A stretch of 64,000 bases of DNA, from NCBI RefSeq assembly GCF_009914755.1, contig NC_060925.1; one strand, 5' to 3'. The translations under genes and the position numbers were made by a program. The notes beneath the pieces are model-generated. The model ran no database searches. It was not told where the DNA came from and was given only the letters and a program-made list of their open reading frames with translations. Position 1 is the first letter of the stretch, and the number at the start of each line of letters is the position of its first letter. The DNA comes from the human T2T-CHM13v2.0 reference genome, Homo sapiens. Shown piece by piece: positions 1-14,377 of the stretch.

Positions 1-139
1 TATGTGTATATAAAATATATGTGCATGCGGTGCATACATATTTTCATTTGTCATATTAAAATAGTTTCTGAAATCATGGTACTTATTTCTGGGTTAGAGA
101 ATTATTATTGGAATCTTTAGGACAGTAAAGGTTTATACA

Positions 140-300
140 GCAATTAGCATATGCCAGAAACGGAACGTAAAAAGCACTTTACACATATAAATTCATTGAG
201 TTCTCTCTCTGAGCTTATCAAATTGGTATTAACAGTTTCATCATTTTAAAATAAAGAGTCATCAGAGAAGTTCAGTAGCTCTTCCAGGGTCATGGATCTG
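140..300 (-). mobile_element. MIR fragment
   Basis: aagcactttacacat...tcattttaaaataaag...agagaagttcagtagctcttccagggtca resembles the antisense MIR core; degraded. Confidence 0.5.
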
Positions 301-1461
301 GTGTCGCTCCTGCTCCATATTTTCAATAATTGTATCACTTTATACTATCTTCTCATAAAGGTTCTTGGTTATAAAGTTGAAAACCAAAAAAACATTAAGA
401 ATACACTTCTTTCTAATTTATTAGGACAGAATGTTGTATCCAGGAAGTTCTTTATGTATCAATATTTTTTTTTGCAGGTCAGATAGGTGTAATTTTGAGA
501 TAATTTGAAAAAGTGAATAATTATAACTTTCCTGATTAAATACAGTTTGCAGATCTGTGATCAAAGTTTTCATCCCCCCTCCATTTAAAAATAGTTACAG
601 AAAGAATTGTATTGAATATTAAAGCAGTGAAGTATCTGTTGACATACTACCTTTTATTTAGCACATAGTGATTCAATTCATTTTTCATTTATCCATGAAA
701 GAATTTATTAAATGGTCAGGGATTGGATAACCAAGAAGTTTTATAAAAGGTATGCTGTCAACTAATGGAAAGTATGTCTGCAATCCTTAAGGGATGTAAT
801 GAGAGACTGGAAGTATTTCTGTGGACATAACAGCACCTACCCATTCTATTATAATAGCAGAGGGGATTATGAACACAGTTTTTTGCCTTAGGGTGCATTT
901 TTGGAAGTAAGGAGAGAAAAAAAATTGGAAGGAGAGCAGATGCAAGTGCTTTCAGAGGACACTAATAAAGGGAAAATGGCTGACAATAGGACAAGGCAGA
1001 TTTGGGGAAATTTTAGTATCAACAAAATGTCAATGGTTAACCTTCTTTCTAAGTCTGTCTGCCAGGACACAGATCTCAATAAATGTTTTATGTTATAATT
1101 TTAAGTTTGACAAAGGTGAGAGCTGTAAGTAGCAAGGGTCCACAATACTAAAATGACATGTTTCTACTATTTTCATTCTTTTGTTACCTTTAAAAATTTT
1201 CTGGCAAATATCTAAAACTCATACATATTATTTTAAAATTTTCCGTTACAAATACTTTTTAGTATCTTCCCCAAATTTTAGGCACTCTGGTTTCTTGTTC
1301 TATATGCTAGTCTAAGACTTCCTATACTAGAATCAATGTTTGGTTTTACTTCATTCCTCAGATGGGAATTGTTTTTTACATGTCTGTATTGGAGATCATA
1401 GTTCATTTTTGCTTCCATTAACTATTTTCAGAAAATTAATATATGGTCTGTTCCTTGGTGA

Positions 1462-1863
<402 letters not shown>

Positions 1864-2789
1864 TTGAGGTATTTATTTTCATGTAAAATTTGGATTTCCT
1901 AGAAAGACATAGCATCATAACAACTGGAAAGCTGTTCTTGGGTCCTTTGAAAAGTGTATCCAATTTCTGTATCTACTGCAAACTCTTATTTAAAATACTG
2001 CTCTTCTAAGCTTGTTTTATATTTTCCAAGGAATTGTTCTTTATAATAAATATATATTTAGTTCATTTTACTGTCTTATGCACATATTTTCTATTATAAT
2101 TGGCTTGTCATTTTAAATCTTTATGATCTCCAACAAATTCATGCCATGGAATACAATCTCTGTAGCAGCTGCGTACCACATCATCTTACATTGACATATC
2201 ATTGTAATGAAAGGTAAACTTTTACAAATGTATGCCAATTTAATGGTACAATGAATGTTTTATAGACTCTTAAGTGCTTTATATTGCTTGTCATATGAAA
2301 ATTATATAAATGAAGAAAACAGTCTTGAACACTTAGCTTAAAATTTTGTTATATATAATTACATGTATATTATATATTTATGTATTTTTATTTATTTCTT
2401 TTCTTTCAAAGCTTGGAGAATAACTTATTCTCCCAAGATAGAACTTTGTTGTGAGGGAAAACTATGTTTAAAATGCAACATGATTATTAAATAGTTTTAT
2501 TTCTATTATAAGCAGATAGTAAATGGTGATTCAATATAACGAAAAAATACTTTGAAATTATAAACAGGTGAATACAATAGAAATTTGATTCTATGTTTAA
2601 TTCAAGAAGCTGTGAGGCATGATAAGTTGGAACATGTCTGGCAGAGAACCACAGAATGCTGATCAGCTTAGAAACTTAACAATGATGGAAGGTAAAATGA
2701 ATTTGACTTAGAACAGAGAGTATCCAGAGCAATAGTGTCAGGATGAGCAAATTCAAATCAAGTAGGTTTTATCAAATCTTGCCTATCGT

Positions 2790-2912
2790 TTATTAATTCA
2801 TTTATTTAATAATAACAATATTATTGAACATCTATAAGATCTCAGGCACTGCAGTAGGAGACAAAGTGCTGAGACAAACACATTATCTGCCCTCACAGAA
2901 CTTATAACCTAG
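2790..2912 (-). mobile_element. L2 3' end fragment
   Basis: ttcatttattt...ttattgaacatcta...caggcactg...ctgccctcacagaacttataacctag matches the antisense L2 3' end. Confidence 0.55.
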
Positions 2913-3364
2913 AGTACTATAATTTCTGATTCATAATAAATTCTGATTCATAATAATTCTGTATTTCCTAAGTACCTATAAATTCACTTGCTAGAGAGCA
3001 TCAGGAGAATAAAAATGTTCATTGGATAATTTAATTCAAGCCAGAAAAGTAGAAGGCCAAGATTTATGAGTAGAAACACAATGTGCCAATGCATATTCTG
3101 TCAGGCTCCATAAGTCTTAAGTCAGAGCCATACCCAGTACCAGCAAGCTGAGGGTAATTTCCATGGGTTCTTTCTGTTAGGAACTCTGGACCTTACTTTA
3201 AAACAACAGCAATAATTTGAGGATAAATCCAATAGAGAAGAAAGGAGTAATTACACCATCTGATATTTAAAAATGAAAACAACAAAACAAAATTCTGAAG
3301 CTTCTAGACAAACAACTAGTTCATAACTATCCCTTCCACTCCATTTTCCCCATGTATGTAGGAA

Positions 3365-3600
3365 GAGTGTAACATAATTAGTTAAGCACATGGACTCTGG
3401 CACCAGACTGCCAGGTTTTCAGTCTTACTCTACTGCTTTCCAGCTGTGTGACATTAGGCTGTGCCTCAGTTTCCTAATCTATAAAATGGGAATAGTAATA
3501 ACAACTTTCTCAGAAGGTTATGAGAATTAAATGTATTAATATCTGTAACATTGTTTACAGCAGGGTTTGGTACAATAGTCTGCAGCCCTTTTAAGGTTTA
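3365..3600 (+). mobile_element. MIR
   Basis: ggactctggcaccagactgcc...ctgtgcctcagtttcctaatctataaaatggg MIR core. Confidence 0.8.
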
Positions 3601-3999
3601 GCTCTTGTTATTAAAATCACAGTTAAGGGAGTAAGAGTATCTCCAGGCTCATATTTTATGATTACACATAAACTCATAAATCCCTTACATGACTCATTTA
3701 CCTCTGAAAAAAACAATGAAAAGGCAAACACAAATGATGATTTTCCTAAGCAAGGCATGTGTGCCTAGTAATAGTAAGCATTAACCTTGGTGAGGTCAAA
3801 GAAAGTCAAATGTGAGTGTAGAAGCTTCTTCTCCCATTACAGTCAAGGCTCTTAGGCTAAAAACAAGAGGAAAACAGGAAGATGCAGAAATTCTAGGAAT
3901 TCTATTTCACATTAATTTAACTTTGTTGTTGCAATTGATTAGATCAATGATTTGGCCATAGTAGCGAATAGATGTAGTTGTAGTGTAATTGATTTAGAG

Positions 4000-4671
4000 C
4001 AATGGTTTTCAACTAGATGTACAATCCCCTAGAAGTCCTTTGGGAAATGTGTTGGGGCATTTGGTTGTCATGACAAATGGAGAAAACTTGCTGTTATTTA
4101 GTAAGCAATTGCAGATACTAGAAGCTCTGTATTTGTATGGGAAATTCCTGTATAATAACTGACTATAGTGTTTGGTATGAATTTCTACTGATCCATTGAA
4201 CATACATGGCTGTGTAAGAACTGTTCTAAATAAATGAGCCTAGCAAAGTGAAGAATTTTTGTGTTGTTTCAGTACAAGAAGATTTTTCCAGTAATGCAAC
4301 TCACCATACAAATTGAGGAAAACGTGTACTTTGTCTTGTTAAGAACATTACCATGAGATGTTCACCATTTCTCAAATCACATCACCAATGGTACTGTGTT
4401 TCTCTGGTTTTGAGGTAACAATACAATAAGATGAATCAATTTACAATTGTACCTTTAGCATTCACAGAGATGACACCTAGAGGAACACGCATCTACCTAT
4501 TTCATTATGGTTACTAACATAGTCATGTCTAAACATTTACTCATTAAATGTATAGAATTTTTTATAAAGTAATTTCTTCCTTTTCTCCTTCATATCATAG
4601 TTAAGACATTACAGATAGATACATAGACCGATAGGTGACGTATTAAAGTCTGATGAAATTGAAAACCAAAG
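4000..4671 (+). mobile_element. hAT-Charlie DNA transposon, MER20B-like
   Basis: Imperfect TIRs caatggttttcaac / attgaaaaccaaag; 8-bp TSD-like atttagag/gcttagag; MER20-like 5' body. Confidence 0.6.
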
Positions 4672-5716
4672 GCTTAGAGCCCTGTACGAAGATGATGTTT
4701 TTGATACTAACAGTTTCTATGGAGAGTTCTGCCTGTAATTTTTTTCCATAATATAATATGTTCTAGATTTTTCTTGTCTTTAATTATCTTTTGTGTGTGT
4801 TTGTGTGTGAGAGAGTGTCCATGATAACCTATCAATAAGGTAATTAGTTAAGAATTTCAGTGATTTAATTGAATGGATACATGACTTGTTTTGTATTTGT
4901 CATGTTTTAGTAAAAATTAAACTAATAAAAATACCAGATACTAGAGTAATTTATTGACTGGTTTCTCCTTATTTTTTTTAGATAATTTAAGTATACCATT
5001 AGACACTTAGACTTATTGACTAATTACAGTGGACAATAATATGCTGGGAGTTGGCAACCTGCTTATTAACTGGAAACATGAACATGAGGTCATTCAGTAA
5101 AGCATTTATAAGTTGGCTTTATAGAAAAAATATTCCATCAAAAAGTCATCATCCTTTGACTCTGATTATATTGTCATGTTTTTACAAACTGCTCTTCAAA
5201 AATTCTGAATTTCAATCTTTGCAGTGATATGGAAAACTCTACACTTGCATTTGTATTTTCAGTTCTGATAATAGTTTTACAAGTGAAAACAAAAGCAATA
5301 AAACCAACCATAGAATGTTATGAAGCAATCATTACAGAGCTGTGGAAAATTGATTATATGGAACATCCAAACATTTTAGAATTGACTTTATAAGAAAAAC
5401 CTTATTAAGAAAAACACTATTGGCAAAAGAAGGAATATGAAAACAATAGGAATATACATGACAACTAGTGAAATAGAAAATGGAATATAAATGTCATATT
5501 AAAAATGTGAACTAATAAAATACCATATTGCTTGTTTATATTTCTATGTGGGTAACTTAATGGACAGAAAATCTTGAAATGGCATGGAGATGTACTAGAT
5601 GCCTAAGATTCATTTTCTTTGATTCTAATGAATAATTATATTCCATTTCAGAACTGTATCTTCCCAAGTACTTGCACTTGGTGTGTCTTTTCTCTAGTAA
5701 GATATTTTCCAGCAAC

Positions 5717-5718
<2 letters not shown>

Positions 5719-5760
<42 letters not shown>
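5719..5760. repeat. (TG)21 microsatellite
   Basis: Perfect dinucleotide run. Confidence 0.97.
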
Positions 5761-5762
<2 letters not shown>

Positions 5763-6279
5763 GGGGGGTGGGTGATTGAGGGCTTTTGAACTTAGAACTA
5801 CAAAATAATACAGAACACCAATCAGTACCTTCTATAGAAAATACAGACAGCATATTTTAAAGATTTAAAATAGAATTTGAAATTCTGATTTTTTTTGTAC
5901 ATTATGCTCTTATAGATTCAGATAGTGGATTTAAAAAAGAGAGAGATTTTGTTTGTTTGATTTAATTAACTCCTAGGATTTCTTGCAAAGACATTTGGGA
6001 TTTTGAGGGAATCATGGAAATGATGGGGAAGGATTTGACCCACCATTGTCAGGAAATGAATCCTTTTGCAATAGGATATTTTACCTCTTGGATCTCTTAG
6101 GTCTGGTTTGTAGTTCTACATTTTTCACAAGCTGAGCGATGTAAAGACCTGGAAGTGCATTTATGATGTCCTGTCCTCTCTTCCCTTCTTGGGTATGTGA
6201 GCCTTGCTTCAATTTATTCCCATCCTTTCTTTATTTTCATTTTCTCCCTCTCATATATAAACAAAATACCATTTTGTTT

Positions 6280-6580
6280 ATGGTATTTTATTGAGATACA
6301 ATAAATGTAAAGTAAGATGCACAGATCTTAAGTACTGCATGATGCTTTTTGACATATACATCAATGGAAACATCCCTACATCAAGATATTAAACATACCC
6401 ATCACCAAACTTCATCTCCTTTCCTGGTCAATCCTCACCTCTTTGCCAGCCTCCCAGCCCTCCCCTCCAGAAACTACTATTCCCATTTCTATCATCACAA
6501 ATTGGTTTTGTCTGTTCTTGAATTTCCTATAAGTTATATCACATCATATGCATTCTTTGCCTGCGATTTTTGTTGAATAT
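6280..6580 (-). mobile_element. Ancient L1M (L1MD/ME-type) 3' fragment
   Basis: tttattgagatacaata...gatgcacagatcttaagt...ttttgtctgttcttgaattt typical of the antisense L1M 3'UTR. Confidence 0.6.
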
Positions 6581-6596
6581 ATCCTTTAAGTTCATG

Positions 6597-6720
6597 TTTA
6601 AAAAGCTATGGAGATCTGTTGTAAAACATTGTGTCTATAAATAAGGATACTCTATTATACACTCAAAAATCTGTTAAGAGGGTAGAGCTCATGTTAAATG
6701 ATTTTACCACACACGAAAAA
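6597..6720 (+). mobile_element. L1MA/MB 3' terminal fragment
   Basis: gagatctgttgtaaaacat...gttaagagggtagagctcatgttaa...taccaca. Confidence 0.55.
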
Positions 6721-8215
6721 AGATTCCATGAACTACTCCAAACTTCAATAGAAACTGAACAATGTAAATGCAATCATGGTTTTTAAGCCAAAGATAAAAT
6801 CTCAGAGGAAAATATAAGCAGAAAATCCTGTCAATAAGTAATTATTTCTGTTATGCATAGTGAATAAAGTATCATCAACAACAAAACAAACAGCTATTAA
6901 TAATTAGTTTTACAGAATAATAATTAGAAAGCAAAGCCTGAGTCCTGGAATACTTTGTAATATGATTGCTGCTTTTGTGCCTTTATATGACTAAACTGAA
7001 ATGAGTCAAGCAATAATTCATATATTACATTTGAAGCAGTTTGTTTTCTAGTAAATATATCTGTTTTTAAATAATGCATTATCCAAATTATGCTTGGAGA
7101 ATATTAAACATGCTTTAGGGAATAAAAATATAATTATTGGGTTAGGTTGTAGTTTCTCTATTGTATTCATTATCATAATCATAGATCATATGGAAAAATA
7201 TTCACAGGGAAATTATTTGCCATGTCCCCTTGTAATTTTTCATTTGGTCAAATGCTCATTGTCTCCCTCCATTCTGTGCCTTCCATCAACCCCAGCCGTC
7301 CCCATCCCCACCCTCTCACACCCAGCCAAGAATCTGATTTAATCTTCAAACTAGGATTGGCAGAATTCATGAAAACTCAGATTGTATGCGTGGAAATACT
7401 GAAGTAAAAAGGACCCAGCATTTTTTCAAATGAGCCTTTCTTTGTGAGGCTCTGCTGCCTGAATTTAAGGCTGCCATCCCAGTGGGAGTTAAACAGACTC
7501 AAATGCTCCTAACTGTGTTGAGTGGTTGATGATGACGAAACAGTTACTATGTTTGCCCACATTTTCTCCTGTACTGGGACAAAATTGCAGTCTCCTAGAT
7601 CAAGAGGTAAGCTCTGATTGATCTCATTGGGAGCTTTGCCAGTGAAAGGACAATAGTATTGGGCTCCTGACATCAAACTAATTTCTTACAGGGTGGCCAA
7701 AGGTCACGTGGCATCTTCCACTGCAAAGTAGAGAATAGGAAGAGAATGAAACAAGGTGGATACACATTTGAGAAGAATGATTTTCTCTGTAATTATTTGT
7801 GCAAAGAATTGATCCTGATTTACCTTACTCAGAAGTAAATGTATTAAGAAAATGAAAAATTATGGAAACCAAGTAATATCTTAAAACATTTATATTTAAA
7901 AACACGTCTTGAGATACATTTGTCTATTGTGTTTCTGTACAGACACATTTTCATCTTTCTCATTTACACCATGGATGTATAAATACCTCCTTTGTCTTTC
8001 TTGTCCTACCAGGAAAGTGTTCTCCATCCCTACTGCTGTCGTTTACCATTTGGTAGAGTTGGTTTCACCATGAGAAGCCTTTTGTTCATAGCTTGCAATG
8101 CATCACACCACTTCATTGCTCCTAGGATGCATTTAGAGGAGGAAAGAGGAAAGAGGCTGTTAGGCCCCACACTTTGAATAATGCCTGACATTTAGTTGGC
8201 CCAAATACATTTATC

Positions 8216-8512
8216 TTTTTTTTTTTCTTTTGAGATGGAGTCTCGTTCTATTGCTCAGGCTGGAGTGCAGTGGTGCGATCTCGGCTAACTGCAACCTCTG
8301 CCTCCTTGGTTCGAGCGATTCTCCTGCCTCAGCCTCCTGAGTAGCTGGGATTACAGGCATGAGCCACCACGCCCAGCTAATTTTTGTATTTTCAGTGGAG
8401 ATGGGGTTTCACAATGTTGGCCAGGCTGGTCTTGAACTCCTGACCTCAGGTGATCCCCCGCCTCAGCCTCCCAAAGTGCAAGGATTATAGGCATGAGCCA
8501 CGGCATCTGGCC
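8216..8512 (-). mobile_element. AluSx-type SINE
   Basis: Full dimer, polyT head, tgacctcaggtgatc diagnostic. Confidence 0.95.
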
Positions 8513-8749
8513 ATATGTATCTTAAATATTAATTACTGTCCAGATATTTCCTTGCTCAGGAATTAACATGAAAGGAGTGCAGAAGTAACTTTTTATTCCT
8601 TGAACAATAAATGTTTCAAACTATATGAGGTACTTTAAATTTTGTAATCAAATATACATGCACACATAATCTTATATAAATACAAAATTTAAATTGAATA
8701 ATACATATGCTAATAACTTTTAAAAAGAAATTTCTTTTTTTGCCTGTTT

Positions 8750-8842
8750 TCCCCTCCCTCCCTCCCTCCCTTCTTCCCTCCCTCCCTCCCTCCCTTCTCT
8801 CTCTCATCCTCTCTTCCTCTCTTTCTCTCTTTCTTTCTCACT
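8750..8842. repeat. (CCCT)n/CT-rich low-complexity tract at the Alu tail position
   Basis: Almost pure polypyrimidine run directly before the AluJ. Confidence 0.85.
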
Positions 8843-8844
8843 TT

Positions 8845-9430
8845 CCAAGTTATCTCTCTGTTGCCCAGGCTGGAGTGCAGTGGCACAATCTTAGCTCACT
8901 GTAGCCTTAAATTCCTGGGCTCAAGCAATTCTCCCACCCCAGCCTCCCAAGAGCAGTGGACTACAGGCACATACTACCACCCCCGGTTAATTTTTAAAAT
9001 TTTTTTGTAGAGACAGGGTATCACCCTATCTCTATCTATCTATCCATCCATAGATAGATATCTATCTATCTATCCATCCATAGATAGATATCTATCTATC
9101 TATCCATAGATATCTATCTATCTATCTATCCATAGATACCTATCTATCCATAGATGTCTATCTATCCATCCATAGATATCTATCCATAGATATCTATCTA
9201 TCTATCCATAGATATCTATCCATAGATATCTATCTATCTATCCATAGATATCTATCTATCTATCTATCTATCTATCCATATCACTACTCATATAGTGATA
9301 TGGGTATCACTGTCACCCATAGTGATACCCTATGTTGCTCAGGCTGGACTTGAGTTTCTGGCTTCAAGTGATCCTCCTCTCTCAGCCTCCAAGTGAGCTG
9401 AGATTACAGGCATGAGTCACTGTTCCTGGC
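8845..9430 (-). mobile_element. AluJ split by a ~300-bp microsatellite insertion
   Basis: Alu sequence stops at agacagggtatcac (~9024) and resumes at tatgttgctcaggctgg (9331). Confidence 0.9.
9026..9330. repeat. Quasi-palindromic (TCTA/TCCA/TAGA) compound microsatellite
   Basis: TCTA runs alternate with inverted TAGA units; two hairpins at the 3' end. Confidence 0.9.
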
Positions 9431-9522
9431 TTCCTCTCTTTTTCTATGTTACCTCCAACCAATTGCCATAAGTCATATTCACTAGTTTATTTTCTTACAG
9501 CTTTATTTAATTATAAAACAAA

Positions 9523-9547
9523 CCTATCTATCATCTATCTACCTATC

Positions 9548-9582
<35 letters not shown>

Positions 9583-9628
9583 ATCTATCTATCATCTCTC
9601 TCTAACCTATCATTGTCATCATCTATCT
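9523..9628. repeat. Imperfect (TCTA)n microsatellite
   Basis: Visible tetranucleotide run. Confidence 0.9.
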
Positions 9629-10593
9629 GCAGACATGTAGTAGACATGTACAGAAATCATTTTTGCTATTACTTCACAAAAATGGGATCTTCTTACACAA
9701 ATTCTTCTGAATTGTATTCTTTCATTGCTAGTGTGAAACTTCCCATGCCAAACACCACCATCTAAGGCAGGGCAGTGTAGAGGCAGTGTAGAGGCAGTAT
9801 TCCTGCAGAGGAACACATTCATTTACTCTTCTTTAGTGATGTCCTTGGCAGGAGACTCAGGGTTATTTGAAAGAATTCTAATTAATAAATTTGGCTCCAA
9901 GTATCTACAACAGATAGTGCTTTTTAGAGACTGAATTCACTGTTTTATTTGAAAGCAGTGAAGCATAGGATGCCATTAATCTTGTTTTGAGAACACTTTT
10001 CTAGAAAATCTAGATCCTGGTGTTTGGATTTCCCCTCATCATTTGGCAGAGTCCCGTCCTCTCTTCCTGGGAATGCACACTTTGCTGGACATTGGCAGAC
10101 CTCTGCCATAATAACCACATTGTAGGAAGAGTTTAATTAACATAGTGCAGTCTGGCAGTATTAAGCAGCATCTGGAAAGCTGAAAATTCCCACAAAACCC
10201 AGCTTGTTCAACGTCCTCAGACTCACTTATGATCAGTGCAGGGCAAGGAAGAAGTCCTTCTGTCCTAAGCTGTGGGGGGCCCTGTCTCATGCCTGCCTTC
10301 AGTGCTGTGAGATCCACACTTCTGCCAATCTGACCTCTCCCTGGATTCTTTGCCCCCATCCAATAATGGGTTTTCAGCTCTTTGTTGCACTCTCAGCAGA
10401 ATGGGTGAATCCCTCAATTACCCTGAAGTTGTAAACAGACATCCCTGTGTCTTTGCTTTTTCACTGTGTCTTTCTCAAGTGGAAAAACTGCAATAACAAC
10501 AAAAACCGGTAGCTCCTAATGGAAGACCAGGAAAGCTTTTGCAGTTCTGTTACTAAACTTTTTTACTCCCTGTAGTAACAGGTCCAACCAATG

Positions 10594-10956
10594 TGATACG
10601 GTTTGGCTGCGTCTCCATCTAAATCTTGTCTTGAATTGTTAACTCCCACAATTCCTACATGCTGTGGGAGGTAATTGATTCATGGGGGTGGGTCTTTCCC
10701 GTGTTGCTCTCGTGATACTGAGTGAGTTCTCATGAGATCTGATGGTTTTATAAGGCGGTTTCCCCCTTTTGCTAAGCACTTCTCCTTGCTGTCACCATGT
10801 GAAGCAGGACATGTTTGCTTCCTCATCTGCCATGATTGTTAAGTTTCCTGAGGCCTCCCCAGCCATTCTGAGCTGTGAGTCAAGTGCCCTCTTTCCTTTA
10901 TAAATTACGCAGTCTCAGATATGTCTTTGTTAGCAGCATGAGAACAGATGAATACG
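10594..10956 (+). mobile_element. THE1C-like solo LTR (ERVL-MaLR)
   Basis: tgatacggtttggctg...agaacagatgaatacg; 5-bp TSD caatg/caatt. Confidence 0.9.
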
Positions 10957-11384
10957 CAATTCTCTACAATTCTCATAGTTTACGACAAAATATATTATGT
11001 TCATGTCCTTTCTATTAAACAAGTGATTTGATCTTGTACAAATTAGATGTAGGCAACAATTAGAAGGGTTGAAAACAATTATCTTTCTACATGTTTTCAG
11101 ACATTAGAAAAGGAAGACAATGGGTATTTAGAACGAGAGCATAGAGAAGCTGTGATAAAATGTTACTGGAAGATTAGAGTTGTTGGAGAGAATTAGGGCT
11201 TGTTTCTTTTAGAAAGAGGCATTGAAAAATAAGCTAATAAATCAGAAAGACAATATTAAAATTAAACTGAAAACATCTAAATGTTGGTGGTAAAATGGAT
11301 GGAATCCTTCAAAATTATAAAACAGCCTTTCATTGCTAATTGTAGCATGCGACCTCAGCACAGCTGCTCTAAAGACATGAGGGA

Positions 11385-11697
11385 GACCAGGCAGTGGCTC
11401 ACATCTGTAATCTCAGCACTTTGGGAGGCTGAGGATGGAGGATTGCTTGAAGCCAGGAGTTTGAGACCACCCTGGGCAACATAGCAAGACCACGTCTCTA
11501 CAAAAAAAAAACTCTAAAAAATACTGCCAACTGTTGTGGTGTGTGCCTGTATTGCTAGCTAATCAGGAGGCTGGAGTGGGAAGGTTGCTTGAACCAGGAG
11601 TTCGAGGCTTGGAGTTCGAGGCTACAGTGACCCATGATTGTGCCACTACAATCTAGCCTGGGTGACAGAGCAAGATCCTGTCTCAAAAAAAAAAAAA
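11385..11697 (+). mobile_element. AluJ
   Basis: Dimer with polyA; internal tandem duplication of ggagttcgaggct (11597-11623). Confidence 0.92.
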
Positions 11698-12497
11698 GAT
11701 ATGGGTTGATCTCAGTGAAAAATAACAGCACCCCAGATTTGTCTGCTTCTTAGATTTAAAGATTTTTTATTTACAAAGCCTTTCTTCTCTGTTCCCTTTA
11801 AAGCAAACTGGTTCCTTTTAACACCAAGTCAGAAATGCATGTTGACAACCTGGTCTATTTTGCACCTTTGGAGGATAATTCTCATTTGAGCTATACCATA
11901 CGCCTGTGCTTTACAGGGGCTTATACTTGATCTGGGGATTGATTACATTGTTCTGTTTTATTGAAATGGAATAGCTTCATACACACCCAGATGCATTTGT
12001 TCATAGTAAATTATCTGGTAGCCTTCTCTATATAGTCTCATAATACAACCTGATGATCGCTTAAGACTCCCTTTTCCTTCCAAATATATTTTTATTGTCA
12101 ATCTATAGATGTTTTTATAATTTTATTGATTTTCTAGTTTTCAATCTTCCCTCACTGTTAATCAAGATTTGGAAATTAAGTATGCAGGTTTAAAAATGGT
12201 ACAATGCATTTGATTTTATTATATAATTTAATTAAAGTTTAAATGTTGATTATTATTTCTTTTGGAATGGAGAAAATGGTGAGGGTGACTAGATGATGTA
12301 AGAAGGGGCAGAATTAAAACATCTTTTGTGGTAGAATGCAAAATATGATCACAGATTCTTACCATCCTGGTCTACCACTTTAAATCTGTGCTGGTCTTGG
12401 GATTTGCGTTGAGCCATAAAATGTGGCAGATGTGAAGTAGTGTGATCTAAGAGCCAAGACTCCAAGATACTTTACAACTTCAATTGTTGCCCTTTTC

Positions 12498-12960
<463 letters not shown>

Positions 12961-14377
12961 ACATTTTGAAATCCTGATGACGTCATGATCTTAAAACAGT
13001 AGAGCCTCTTTCAGTGTGAAAACCTGGAGGCAGATTCAACTCTCTCAATCATTCCAGCTGAGCTTAGCACTTGTTGACCCTGAAGTTGAATGCAGCTGCA
13101 TGAGTAAGCCGAGTTGAAACCAGCATTAAAATGACTCAGGCAACCAACACAATTGTGAGAAATAATAAATTAAGGTTGTGGTAAGCCACTACATTTTGGA
13201 GTTGTTTGTTGCAAAGCAATAATTGTAAGAAACTCAAATAAAGCAGGATCATCAGTAACTTAAGAAAAAGCAGGTTCAAATGAAAATATGAAGAGACTAG
13301 TTCACTATATTAAACCTTGAGAATCTGTTTTGCTAATTAATATCATTAATTATGAAGCAAAACAAACATACATGGTTGCTGTAAGTTTAGCTTTTAACCA
13401 GAAAATATTACTTAAAATTATGTAAAATCTGAAAACTGAGGACTCCCAGACTAAGTTAATGCTCCATTATTTGCAATAATTATTCAGACACATTATTATA
13501 TTGAAATTTGTAGATGAAGTAAAGGCAAAATCTAAATATAAAAACACAAACAGCTCTAAAATTGAATCAAGATAGAGTGAGACAAGTTGTAACAATTAAA
13601 CAACATTCAGAGTAAAATCTAAATGTTTATACACCATTTTCATCAAAAAGTGAATAAATCATTCTTATTATAAAAATATTTTCTAAGGAAATTATTGATA
13701 ATTATAAATTATAAATGTGAACTATTTCTTCAGTTCTCATAAACCCTTAAGTCCTGTAAATGATATTATAACAATGGAAATAGGAACTGTGTTACAATTA
13801 AAATAAGGAAGTTAAATTAGGTCAGTCTTTGGTCTGTTAAAAATAATTACAAGTCTCAATCCTCTCTAATAGTATTATTTTGAGACACAAAATATAATCT
13901 ATATGATTCTTTATTATGTGTCTGTTTAGATGTTTAGATTTGCACATGCTTGAAAATTAAACTCCCCTTAATAGTGAATGATGTGAAGTGCAAATATTTT
14001 CAAAATAAGTATTTTGGTATTAAGAATAAGGCTGACATTTTGCAGCACAGCCGTCATGGAGAGTAGAGGTCAACAATTTTGTTTGGATACAGTGCCTTTA
14101 ATGTTTCTGAACTTATTGAAATAATGACGTCTCAGTACACACGAAAGTAACGTATTTGTATCTATTTAAGAAAATCAAGACTCATGTTCAATCACTAAGA
14201 GATATGCCGAATAATAAATTTAGTGTGTGATTGTATTATAGTTCTTCACAACTATCCATTTAAGAGATCTTTGTTACACACTTTATATCATAATACTAAC
14301 TTCTTAGTACAGAATGTTACTCAATCTCACATAAAATATTTTGTATTCTAATTCACACCTAGAACAATGATCCCAGC

